Below are positions 22,601 to 31,475 of a DNA stretch of 64,000 bases, piece after piece. The position numbers were made by a program, and so were the translations under genes. How positions within the stretch are numbered: the stretch's first letter is position 1; each line of letters begins with the position of its first letter. The notes beneath the pieces were generated by a model. The model was given only the letters and a program-made list of their open reading frames with translations, searched no databases and was not told the DNA's origin. The stretch spans positions 5,506 through 69,505 of the forward strand of contig CAZCHH010000005.1 in assembly GCA_964498585.1 (NCBI GenBank). The letters are read 5' to 3'. This DNA comes from an uncultured Hyphomicrobiales bacterium (lineage in GTDB: Bacteria > Bacteroidota > Ignavibacteria > Kapaibacteriales > UBA2268).

Positions 22601-23226
22601 AAGATTTTTGGTTTATTCTTAAAATTTTTATCGATATAATTTATTAAATAATAATCATTAGTTCTGTTTAAAAGATCTGGATAATCGAGAAAATGCTCCC
22701 CGAGCAGTTTTTGGTATTCATCATAAATTTTTAAAATATCAGAAAGACGTGGTTTGTCAATATTCTCGTCTTCAGAATTTAAATCTTTTTGAAGTTCAGA
22801 AGGAGTAATGCCATCTTCCTTTAATCCGTAAATTAGTTTAGCAATACGTGCTATTGTAGGAACCGTAACTTTACCTTCTTTTCCGGCAAAAAAATTCAAT
22901 TCCGCTTTTTTTACAGCTTCTTCAAATAAAGCTAATTGATAACCATCAGAAATTATTCTGAATTTATTTTTATTTGTTTGAAATTCAAAGCATTGAGTAA
23001 TAAAACTTTGCAATGTATAAATATTTGAACAAATTGACGGCTTTTTATGAATTTCAAAATATTTTCTTGTAATTTGATTTTTTAAAAACCTCACCAATCG
23101 TCCGGTAGGGACAATTAAAATAAGTTGCTCTAATATATTTTCCTTAATTGCAATGTCCAAGCTCTTTTCAATTGAGCTTATTGGTAAATTTGCTCTGAAA
23201 GACTGATTGCACAGGAATTGAGCCAT
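19660..23226 (-). CDS. AddB/RexB-like inactive helicase with PD-(D/E)XK nuclease
   Basis: SITQLE.F..CPYKYF, G...H, GKIDRID, DYKSG, Q.PLY, C-terminal CLYC.....C completing an Fe-S staple. Confidence 0.85.
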   Translation of the reverse strand: MAQFLCNQSFRANLPISSIEKSLDIAIKENILEQLILIVPTGRLVRFLKNQITRKYFEIHKKPSICSNIYTLQSFITQCFEFQTNKNKFRIISDGYQLALFEEAVKKAELNFFAGKEGKVTVPTIARIAKLIYGLKEDGITPSELQKDLNSEDENIDKPRLSDILKIYDEYQKLLGEHFLDYPDLLNRTNDYYLINYIDKNFKNKPKILLNGFSQFKPPEIRFISLFAKSSLPFAIQIDYSPNNGPLFSNLEDTIIGIKDCGFSLFEMERSNTTTNDNISNSLFLRQNLFALGKANKSNNFSKFTKIFSVENKEQEVKLICKLIRELAINQNINLSDICVVARKPEEYSSLFREFFADYKITGNISDRFNLSESAVVTAIFSVLNIINYGFKRSDIHTALQSDFLNFNLEANSVKDIIDGNNLISIARQLRIHGGNLYKGEFIWKTFLSNRIKFLADSINDAKRNGNIDPTEVENKSRELKRVEKAYDDFWKIKSLLPNIKNKFSPNEFNELIKKNIIEKFEIRNILSNSFKKFIASKNRELDRFELVYKTEQLEKESRALTSFINLLDEMTNILQELQRYKKFDFLELTQRLRIAVTGAKYQISEKSGVGVTVTSVEQIRGLPYKVTILCGAIDKSFPLAYSADTFLGKELPNTKIRHIRSERMLFYQFLANNPDSLNKNEKQIYIFYPNKSEQEVHIRSPFIDSLLKITTLEEDKCFYDLTLNENKIDDSNITKWLKAISGKRELAEFIGKKTFSIVNNEKSKKVEKKLSENLFADLDREEEILSSIDFEINNKLIDFEDNYKFLHQYYSTFTQNQNSIFENSNDVIKEKIKHLKEGVFSITQLETFKDCPYKYFSNYLLNFKDTPKYEDTLSPIERGNIVHSILYAFFKLIQSEQINSNETEITGEILNKNIDFAAPVRLKRENYIFYKEILEKIARKVFDTNITDTPLQKLTQDSFFGNKNRPGYLEIWLNNEIENQEQAAGFLPSLFEVSFNLAKVKNSLNVKFDNDLKIYGKIDRIDIRKKYEEFQFIVADYKSGSIIPNNRSVINGNSFQVPLYMLAAKQLLKDYYSMTSTVEGGVYYLFFPKTNNSQQAYQYSKYLLLSNDSDISKSKKLSTSKLLNSSTDLENILTISIYSAKQVVRQISEGKFFAEPAGKISCLYCSCFSLCRIKEKHLLFREEDDDF

Positions 23227-23227
23227 A

Positions 23228-24223
23228 TTATTTTTTTCGTTTATTCAATAAATCTGCTATCCAATATAATAAATATTTTCCATTATTTTCAGATAAATTT
23301 TTTATTGAATCTTTAGCTTTTTCAGTATAGGAATTAATTTCTGATTCAGCTTCATCATATACTCCTAACCTTTCATACATTTCAAGCATTTTAGGAATAT
23401 CATCTTCAGAAGTACCTTTATTATTGAAAAAGTTGTCAATAAGTAATCTGTCTTCTTCGTTTTGGGCTATTTTATCAGCAGTTAAAATTAAGAAAGTCTT
23501 TTTTCCGTCTAACAAATCCTGTCCGACACACTTACCGAATTTTTCAATTTCAGCAGTTGCATCTAATAAGTCGTCTTGAATTTGGAAAGCAAGTCCGAGA
23601 GCTTTCCCATACCTGATTAAAGCATTAATTTCTGCTTTCGTACCGAAACCGGAAAGGCCACCAATACAAGTTGCTGCTTCAATAAGCATTGAAGTTTTCA
23701 ACTCAATCATTTTGAAGTATTCATCGAGAGTAATGCTTTTGAATTGTTCAAATTGCATATCCAATGCCTGCCCTTGACACACTTCAATAAGTGCGTTGTT
23801 AAAGCGGGTTAAAATTCTTTCATGATTAGAACTTTTATCGCGTGTTGGAAGCAAAGCATAAGCAAAACCAATCATTAAATCGCCGAGTAAAATAGCAGTT
23901 GACTCATCCCATTTCTTATTAATTGTTTCTTTGCCACGACGAAGCGGAGATTTATCCATAATATCATCATGAGCAAGAGTGAAATTATGGAGCATTTCAA
24001 GAGCTATAGCGCAATTTAAAGCGTCTTCAGTCTTTCCGCCTACTGCTAAATTTGAAAAAATAACAAGCATTGGGCGTATTCTTTTTCCTTTGCCAGCCAT
24101 AATATATTTTAGCGGCTCAAGTAAAATCTGATTTTCAATAGAATTGATATAATTCTCTAAACTCTCATCAAAATCAATTAAATACTTATTGTATAATTCT
24201 TTGTAATTAATACCATTGTCCAT
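23228..24223 (-). CDS. Polyprenyl (geranylgeranyl) diphosphate synthase
   Basis: GKRIRP, HDDIMD....RRG, GQALDM, FQIQDDLLD. Confidence 0.93.
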   Translation of the reverse strand: MDNGINYKELYNKYLIDFDESLENYINSIENQILLEPLKYIMAGKGKRIRPMLVIFSNLAVGGKTEDALNCAIALEMLHNFTLAHDDIMDKSPLRRGKETINKKWDESTAILLGDLMIGFAYALLPTRDKSSNHERILTRFNNALIEVCQGQALDMQFEQFKSITLDEYFKMIELKTSMLIEAATCIGGLSGFGTKAEINALIRYGKALGLAFQIQDDLLDATAEIEKFGKCVGQDLLDGKKTFLILTADKIAQNEEDRLLIDNFFNNKGTSEDDIPKMLEMYERLGVYDEAESEINSYTEKAKDSIKNLSENNGKYLLYWIADLLNKRKK

Positions 24224-27036
24224 TATCTTAAAAAATATGAAAATGTTAACAAAACATATTGTTTTAAGACGTCATTTCTAACATATTCATTGTAATAATC
24301 ATATAAATTTGTTTCAACGCTTTTATTTTGATTTAACAAATCATAAGCTGTGAGACGTATTTCGCCCCTGTTATTAGCAAGAAATTTTTTTCCGATTCCG
24401 ATGTTTAGTAAATTATAATTGTTGTCTTTATCAACATAAAGTCCAGAGTAATACTGACCATTAAATTCAGTTGTTATGAAAAAATCTTCCCAGAAAATCC
24501 AGTTAAATGTTAAATCGGCATTATAGCTCATATATTCATTATCTGAAGAAGAGCTTAGCGAATTTTTTGTTATGTTTTTGTTAGCCCGGAAAGCAATGCT
24601 AAAATCAACATACTCACTAATATTACTGTTTAGAGCAATTCTGCCGCCAAAGCCATAAGCATCAGAAATATTTTCTTTAAAGTTTAGCAAAGTAGGATTT
24701 CTGGTATAAGAAGCATTTATGCCAATGTTAAAATTGCTGCCAAGGAAGGGAACTGGTCTTCCAAAATTAATAAATGTTCTTGCATTGAAATAGCCATCTA
24801 TGTTCATTGGTTTTGTTAGCTGTCCGCCAGCTGGAAGCAAAATACCGTTTTCAACTATTGTGTCTGTTGAAGCGATGAAAGTAGAATTTGTAATATAATC
24901 ATTTCTGAAATTAAAATTGATAAAAGCCATAAACATATTGGATAAATCTTCGCTTAAAGTCAAAAATCTTGAGAAAAGAGAATGATTTAGCTGCTGCTTT
25001 AAATTTGGATTACCGGCAGAAAGCTGCAATGAGTTTGAATTATCAACTACGTTTTGTAGTTGAGTCATAGAAGGCGCCTGAGTACTGCTTCGGTATCTCA
25101 TTCGCAAGTTAGTATTTTTTGAAAACTTATATTGAAATCTAAAAGAAGGCAAAATATTATCAAATGAATAATTTTGGTCTAATAGAATGGGAAATTCCTG
25201 TTTACTCTTTAAATCTGCTCTTTGATAATTCAAAGTCAAATCAAAATTCATTGCCTCGTTTCTCATTGTGTAACCAATACCGGCACGTTGAGTTAAATAA
25301 TCATTATCAAATCTGTTGGAAAGCAGAGAATCAATTACCGAATAATCTAAAGTAATTAAATCCCAGTCATAAGCTAATTTATCTGAATAATTATTTTGAT
25401 AATTAGCATTATAACTTATTTGTAACTGACTAATGCTATCAATAGGTTCAGTGTACATTATATTTGTCCCTAAAGTATAGCCGTCCGTTTTTAAAGATGA
25501 ATTTTGATTAATTGTATCAATAGTGAAAACATTATTTGCAAGAGAGCCATTCAAAGTAAACAAATCTCCGGTTCCTTTCCTGTCGCTGTAATTGGTAATA
25601 AGGTTAACAGAAAATGTTCTGCCCGGCTTGTTTAGCTTCAAACGATATAATAAATCGCTATTTAAATTAATTGCGTTATTTTCTGCAAGAGTTTTATTGG
25701 AAGTAGAACTCAAAGTATCGCTCAACATATAATTGGCTGCACGTATGGTTCCGTCAGCATCATATCCCTGAAAAATCATTGATGGTTTCCAAATCATAGA
25801 ATTACTCGAATCAATAGAATATTTAATTTGAAAATTCAATCGATGATTATAATTTTCAGAATGAGTATTAGTCAACTGATTATACTTTTGTCCGATATAA
25901 TCAGAAGATATATAGTCTCTATCAATAGTTTGCTCATTATTATTTATAGAGATATTAAAGAAATAGCTGCTGTTTACGTCTAATTTATCCCAGAAAATTT
26001 CTGAATAATTTAAACCAATTGCATGAGAAGAACTGATGCCATTTTGCTGTCCGACTAAGAAATTGAATGGGTTAAATCCATCAGAGCCAGGAGGACGTCC
26101 GCCGCCACCGGGTCTTACACCACCAGGAGGTCTCATTCCACCCGGTGGTCTGAAGTTTGAACTTGATGAAATTCCCATAATATCCTGCATTGAGAAATTT
26201 TGTTGATTAACATTATTACTCATCGCTAAAATAGAAATTCGTCTATCGGGATTAAATAAATTAACATTTCCGGAAGCAGAATATCTATCCTGAGAGCCAC
26301 CGCCAGCAGTAATTTTTCCAAAACTTCCGATTTTTCTGTCTTGTTTAGTAATAATATTCATAGTTTTCTGGCTCTGTCCATCGTCAAAACCAGTAAATTC
26401 TGCCTGGTCGCTTAATTTATCGAAAACCTGAATTCTCTCAATAGATTCTGCTGGTAGATTTTTGAGTGCTAATGTAGGGTCATCACCAAAGAATGGCTTT
26501 CCATCGACAAGAACTTTTTTTACTTCCTCGCCCTGAGCTTTTACTGTTCCGTCCCTTTCTACCTCAACTCCGGGCATCTTTTTTATTAAATCCTCGGCAA
26601 CAGCATCGGGTTTCGTTTTAAATGCATTTGCTGAGAATTCTGTTGTGTCTTCAATTTGACGCCCTATAGGAGCTTGAGCATTTACTTCTATTGCTTCTTT
26701 TTGTATTGCAGTTTGAACAACAAATAAATCTCCAATATTTGAACCGCTTCGTTGATTTATTCTTACTTCGTTTTCTAAATTTTCGTAGCCAACGTAAGTT
26801 ATTTTTAACTTATATGTGCCTGAAGGAACTTTTGTAATTGAGAATCTGCCCTGTTTATCAGTTAGCGCAAAATACTTACTGCTGTCTTTGTTTGATGTTA
26901 AAAGGACGTTCGCACTTATTAACGGGTCTTTTGTTTCTTTGTCTAAAGCACGACCTGTTACATTAAACAGGTTTGTCTGAGAATTAAGAGTGCCAAATGA
27001 TAATGCTATTATAATTATTAATATTGTTTTTTTCAT
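24223..27036 (-). CDS. Outer-membrane beta-barrel/TonB-dependent-receptor-like protein with N-terminal carboxypeptidase-regulatory-like domain
   Basis: Signal peptide; EDL.KK.PGVEV, VDGKPFFG.DP..AL.NLPA, GNPNLK, terminal aromatic strand LTFSYF. Confidence 0.85.
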   Translation of the reverse strand: MKKTILIIIIALSFGTLNSQTNLFNVTGRALDKETKDPLISANVLLTSNKDSSKYFALTDKQGRFSITKVPSGTYKLKITYVGYENLENEVRINQRSGSNIGDLFVVQTAIQKEAIEVNAQAPIGRQIEDTTEFSANAFKTKPDAVAEDLIKKMPGVEVERDGTVKAQGEEVKKVLVDGKPFFGDDPTLALKNLPAESIERIQVFDKLSDQAEFTGFDDGQSQKTMNIITKQDRKIGSFGKITAGGGSQDRYSASGNVNLFNPDRRISILAMSNNVNQQNFSMQDIMGISSSSNFRPPGGMRPPGGVRPGGGGRPPGSDGFNPFNFLVGQQNGISSSHAIGLNYSEIFWDKLDVNSSYFFNISINNNEQTIDRDYISSDYIGQKYNQLTNTHSENYNHRLNFQIKYSIDSSNSMIWKPSMIFQGYDADGTIRAANYMLSDTLSSTSNKTLAENNAINLNSDLLYRLKLNKPGRTFSVNLITNYSDRKGTGDLFTLNGSLANNVFTIDTINQNSSLKTDGYTLGTNIMYTEPIDSISQLQISYNANYQNNYSDKLAYDWDLITLDYSVIDSLLSNRFDNDYLTQRAGIGYTMRNEAMNFDLTLNYQRADLKSKQEFPILLDQNYSFDNILPSFRFQYKFSKNTNLRMRYRSSTQAPSMTQLQNVVDNSNSLQLSAGNPNLKQQLNHSLFSRFLTLSEDLSNMFMAFINFNFRNDYITNSTFIASTDTIVENGILLPAGGQLTKPMNIDGYFNARTFINFGRPVPFLGSNFNIGINASYTRNPTLLNFKENISDAYGFGGRIALNSNISEYVDFSIAFRANKNITKNSLSSSSDNEYMSYNADLTFNWIFWEDFFITTEFNGQYYSGLYVDKDNNYNLLNIGIGKKFLANNRGEIRLTAYDLLNQNKSVETNLYDYYNEYVRNDVLKQYVLLTFSYFLR

Positions 27037-27098
27037 CTTTACCTTTTTTTGTCAAATAAATCGTATTATAGACAAACAAAAAGGCAAAATAGTTTAAT

Positions 27099-28013
27099 TT
27101 AAAAAGGAGTCCAGACAAAACTAACAAATGGAATAACGAATGGCTGAGTAAAAAATGCAAGACCAAAATCTGAAGAAAAAGAACTGTTGGAAAGACGAAG
27201 ACCAAGCATTACAGCGGAATGAGTAGGATGAGCTATATTGCTATTCCATATTTCTCCAATGAAATGCAAATCATTTCTTTTTGAAAATTTTGTGTCTATG
27301 CCAAGACCTATACCAAAAGAACCATTTTCATAAGTCATATCCCAAATATTCTCACGAAAATTTATTATATATATGTCATTTCCTGAAGCTTTGTAAAACA
27401 ATGCTGCTGTAAAAGTAGTGCGTTTTAATCTCATAGTTGCATTTCCATAATAATGCAAAAATCTGTTGTTATGGTTAATGAATCCAAGATTAGCTCCAAG
27501 TGATACAGTAAATAATTCAGCTACATCATCAATCGGGAAACTGAGTGGAGTAACTTTTATATTAAATAAAGAAACCTGCTCTTTGGAAGGGACATCAGGA
27601 AGAATACTCCGACCGGCAGTAAAAGATAGAAAATCTGATATTCCAAATCCGGCATAGAATAAAAGTAGTTCAAAATTACCGATGAAATGATTTCCTTCAA
27701 TCGGTTCTGCTGTTGGCATAAGATACATTCGATGATTATGCCGATACAAATCTTCAAACTTTTTAATTTCAGCAATTTGATTCTCAAAAATAGTTGCTGT
27801 CCCAAGTTCTGTTGCAAATTTAGCTCCTTCGCCTTCTATCGGGTCGTTAAGCATTTCTACACAATTGCCGGTTATTATGTCACCGTTCTTTAGTCGAATT
27901 GAATAAACTGTGGTTCTATCTGCAATTACATCTTTTAATTTTGAACTTGCTGCAATTGACAAATTTTGAAGTGAAATTAAAAAGCAAATAAATAATAATA
28001 TTTTTCTTTTCAT
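27099..28013 (-). CDS. Exported hypothetical protein, probable beta-barrel
   Basis: Signal peptide, LKNGD...G motif, amphipathic strands, C-terminal F. Confidence 0.7.
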   Translation of the reverse strand: MKRKILLFICFLISLQNLSIAASSKLKDVIADRTTVYSIRLKNGDIITGNCVEMLNDPIEGEGAKFATELGTATIFENQIAEIKKFEDLYRHNHRMYLMPTAEPIEGNHFIGNFELLLFYAGFGISDFLSFTAGRSILPDVPSKEQVSLFNIKVTPLSFPIDDVAELFTVSLGANLGFINHNNRFLHYYGNATMRLKRTTFTAALFYKASGNDIYIINFRENIWDMTYENGSFGIGLGIDTKFSKRNDLHFIGEIWNSNIAHPTHSAVMLGLRLSNSSFSSDFGLAFFTQPFVIPFVSFVWTPF

Positions 28014-28166
28014 AACTGTATTTTAATTAAAAAAAATAAATTTAAAGAAAATCAAGGAAATAGAAAAATATTTATTTTCTTTATTAGGATTATTGGTTAT
28101 TAAGTATTGAGTTATTGAGTTAATGATTAGAATTCTTTAATTTTACAGTTTCTGATTCAGTTTTTT

Positions 28167-28312
28167 TGTCAATTCGAATCCCGAGATAAAGCAAGTGCTT
28201 TATTTAAATAGAGATGGCAAAATTTAACACAGTCATTCTGAACGAAGCGAAGAATCCAGAAAGTCATTTACACCAATATTATCTGGATTCTTCACTGCGT
28301 TCAGAATGACCG
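28167..28312. repeat. Inverted copy of the composite repeat at 11741-11887
   Basis: Includes an exact 37 nt reverse-complement match ttcgaatcccgagataaagcaagtgctttatttaaat. Confidence 0.88.
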
Positions 28313-28627
28313 AAAAATCTATTTTTTTGCAAATTTTTTGTTTTATTCATACTTAAAAACCCACTACTAATCTAACTTTGCAGCCAATAATAAAGTTAGG
28401 ATATATTCCATTTCAGATATATGTTCAAAAACAAATTTTTCAAAAAAAATAAAAATTTTGTTTGTTTTTTATTAAAAAATGTTTTAATTTGTTTTTGGTA
28501 TTAATAAAATGAGGAAAAAAATCTTGGCTTGAGTGAGTAAGTTTTGGCTTTTGTTTAGCACCTAATCCTGAATGAAAAATAAAATGAGCAAAGTTAAGCG
28601 ATTAGGCAAGATAAATTATAAAAAAAA

Positions 28628-28668
28628 CATCCTCCGCGAGGAAGTCGGCACTTTTTAAGCGAAGGATG
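28628..28668 (+). promoter_or_regulatory. GC-rich 5'-leader hairpin upstream of the Cys-rich gene
   Basis: catcctccgc/gcgaaggatg outer stem, aggaagt/acttttt inner stem, cggc loop. Confidence 0.4.
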
Positions 28669-28712
28669 ACATTAAATCACTAATGTTTTACAAAATTAAG
28701 GAATTTTCTGTT

Positions 28713-29291
28713 ATGAGAAAATTAATTCTTCTATTTGCGGCTTTAGCAATAGTATTTGCTAATGTGGTGGTGGCTTGCCCTGAGGGGTATAATGAGTATG
28801 ATAATGAGGTTACTTACAATGGTTGTACTTATAAATATTATTTTTGCTTAGGTATTAATGAATTTGACCTGCATGAAATTGTTTTAACTGAAATCCAAGT
28901 ATTATTTCCTTGTACTCCAGCTGATTTCGAGCAATATGCTTCTGAAATTACTGATGCAATTTTATTAGATATCGCTGCAGAAGGATATTTATACAATGAA
29001 TGGCAAACAATCATACCACAATGCCCTGATGATTTATGTACTGTTAGATGGATGGACAGAATTTGTTACAGTGGTTGGATTAAAGACAAAATAAACGATA
29101 GATATGTAATGGAAAGATGTAATGATTCCCCAACCGGATCACTGCCGCCAGAGTATTTTGAAAGGTCTTGTGGCGAAACAGTGAGGATTTGCTGGGAATG
29201 GGAAAATGGAGTTCAAGTTCTAAGGATTTGGAGAGCTGGTTTTCCACAAGGCGAACCATGCCCAGAAGGATGTAGAGATAATTGTTACTAA
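28713..29291 (+). CDS. Cys-rich exported protein, possible lipoprotein
   Basis: MRKLILLFAALAIVFANVVVAC signal; 13 Cys; alternative start 28683. Confidence 0.8.
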   Translation: MRKLILLFAALAIVFANVVVACPEGYNEYDNEVTYNGCTYKYYFCLGINEFDLHEIVLTEIQVLFPCTPADFEQYASEITDAILLDIAAEGYLYNEWQTIIPQCPDDLCTVRWMDRICYSGWIKDKINDRYVMERCNDSPTGSLPPEYFERSCGETVRICWEWENGVQVLRIWRAGFPQGEPCPEGCRDNCY

Positions 29292-29501
29292 AATTTAATT
29301 TGACTTTTGTTAAATTGATAGAAGTATAAAAATATTACATATACTGAGAAAAATATCCATTTAATTATTAATTATTAAATGGTTGTATTATGGTAAAGTT
29401 AAAGATGTAGGACATCTGGTCATTACTTTCGCACTAGTTTCCCGGAGTTTTACGAAAGTTTTAATAACTCAATAACCTAATAACAATTAACAGGAGGTAC
29501 A

Positions 29502-30959
29502 ATGAAAAAAATAATTATCATTTTTTTTGTGATTTTTGTAAGTGAATTATTCTCTCAAACTTGGGAACTTATGTATAAAGATAGCTTCCTGCCAATTGCC
29601 CCATATACCGGAAAGCATGAAGACCTTTCTTCTCAATGTTTAGCTATAAATAAAGACAATATTGCAATATGCAGATATCTGTATAAAAATTTAATTATTA
29701 CTTACAACCAAACAACTAAAGAATGGAAATTTATAAGTTCAAAAGATATAGTTGATGGAATTAAAGGTAATCATAATTTTACTGAACATGATTTTAACTA
29801 CGCCCGTATTGTATGTTATGATAAATCTGATAGATTATGGGCTTTTATTGATGGTTTAGATAAAGAAACTGATATAAGATATATTATTTCAATTTCACAG
29901 GATTCAACCCAAATTCATAGTCTGGTATATAATACTGAGCAAAATAAATTTTATAATATTCGTGGGGTCTGGGATTTAAAAGTTGACACAAAAGGGGATG
30001 TATGGGCTATCATTGAACACTTTTGCCCTCTTAATGATACGACAGCTTTTTATTATTTTAGCTTATGCAAGTATAAAGACAGTTGCTTTGTAACTGTGAA
30101 TAATCTAAAATATACTGATTATGGGTATGGAGTAAAGAAGAACATTGCTTGCGATAATTTAGGAAGAGTTTGGCACTCTAATATTGACACTTTGTATTTA
30201 ATAGAAAATGAAAAAGTGATTAAGAAAATTACTACTTATGATTTTCCAGAGGGCTATTCAAATATATCGGAAGTAGTCGTAAATAGCAAAAATGTTGCAT
30301 ATTTTTTAAATTATAGCTTAATGCTTTATAAGCTAAATGGTGAAGAACGTTCTTCATTCGATTATATCTGGGAAATTGAGAAATATTTAAACCACAATGA
30401 AATTAAAACTAATTATTATATGTGTATTGACAGTTCCGACAATATCTGGATTTTAGGACCAACATACAATTTATATAAATTAGACAGTGCAGACAACTGG
30501 ACGGTATATAGAGTTCCAAACCAGGATACTACTAAATTAAATCCATATAGAATTAATATTGAAGCAGACAGAGACGGGAAAATTTGGATAGTTGACAATA
30601 CTTATGGTATAAATATATTTAATCCCAATGGAGTTGTTTCAGTTGAAAATCCGCAAACAAACAAAATTCGCGGAATTGCAGATGTTTGGATTAGAAAACT
30701 TTACCCAAACCCTGCTGTTCAAAATGTAACATTGGAATTTTTCCTTGAAAATTCTGTGAGAAATGAATGTAAAATCAGTATGTATAATACATTAGGTGAA
30801 AAAGTTAAGGATATTATTGATAATTTTGATTACGACAGCTACACTATGAGTGCAAAAGTAAACTTTTCAGTTTCGGATTTACCGAGAGGTGCATACATAT
30901 TAACTATTAGCGCAGGCAATAGCAATATGTCCCGCTTGATGATTGTAGGATTTGAATAA
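29502..30959 (+). CDS. T9SS type A sorting-domain protein, beta-propeller-like
   Basis: Signal peptide; repeated D..G.(V/I)W blades; CTD LYPNPA...YN.LG...LP.GAY.L; ggagg RBS. Confidence 0.85.
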   Translation: MKKIIIIFFVIFVSELFSQTWELMYKDSFLPIAPYTGKHEDLSSQCLAINKDNIAICRYLYKNLIITYNQTTKEWKFISSKDIVDGIKGNHNFTEHDFNYARIVCYDKSDRLWAFIDGLDKETDIRYIISISQDSTQIHSLVYNTEQNKFYNIRGVWDLKVDTKGDVWAIIEHFCPLNDTTAFYYFSLCKYKDSCFVTVNNLKYTDYGYGVKKNIACDNLGRVWHSNIDTLYLIENEKVIKKITTYDFPEGYSNISEVVVNSKNVAYFLNYSLMLYKLNGEERSSFDYIWEIEKYLNHNEIKTNYYMCIDSSDNIWILGPTYNLYKLDSADNWTVYRVPNQDTTKLNPYRINIEADRDGKIWIVDNTYGINIFNPNGVVSVENPQTNKIRGIADVWIRKLYPNPAVQNVTLEFFLENSVRNECKISMYNTLGEKVKDIIDNFDYDSYTMSAKVNFSVSDLPRGAYILTISAGNSNMSRLMIVGFE

Positions 30960-31016
30960 TTGTTAATTGTTAATTGATAATTGATAATTGATAATTAATA
31001 ATTGTTAATTGATAAT
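30957..31016. repeat. Heptamer tandem array (taattg(t/a))n
   Basis: About 8 consecutive units directly after the stop codon. Confidence 0.85.
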
Positions 31017-31124
31017 TTTTCTTTGTCATTCTGAAGCGCAGCGAAGAATCCAGAAAGTCATTGAAACCACAATTCTCTGGATTCTTCACTGCGTTCAGAA
31101 TTACCCGAAAAAAGTAAAGTTAAA

Positions 31125-31278
31125 TATCCCGATAGGGATTATATATTTGTAGCAAGTGAAATTCACTCCTGGGCTTATCCAGATAGGGATTATATTTACA
31201 ATATTGCTATTTAATCCCTACGGGATAACAGCAGAAAAGTAGCTTGTATGTTACAAATATTTAATCCCTATCGGGATA
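31125..31278. repeat. Family D REPIN-like element with 30 bp terminal inverted repeats
   Basis: tatcccgatagggattatatatttgtagca versus tgttacaaatatttaatccctatcgggata (28/30); homologous to 19211-19366. Confidence 0.8.
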
Positions 31279-31387
31279 AAGAAATGAGTAATTAATACAT
31301 TATGTAAAGTCATGCGAAAACTTGTTGCTCTTATGACTGAAATAAAGAAGTCCTACATCTCGCAGATGTAGGACTTCTAGCCATTAT

Positions 31388-31423
31388 ACTTTCGCACGAG
31401 TTTCCCAACTTTGCGAAAGTTTA
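31388..31423. repeat. Family C repeat, left arm of a 36 bp inverted pair (right arm 33618-33653)
   Basis: 33/36 reverse-complement identity; related copies 29425-29461, 11988-12004. Confidence 0.85.
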
Positions 31424-31475
31424 CTAAACCAATTACTTAATAACTTAATAACCATTAACCATTAACGGAGAAAAT

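Noticed and set aside
26085-26155. GC-rich repeat as a separate element
   Set aside because: It encodes the RPPGG Pro/Gly linker inside the outer-membrane protein
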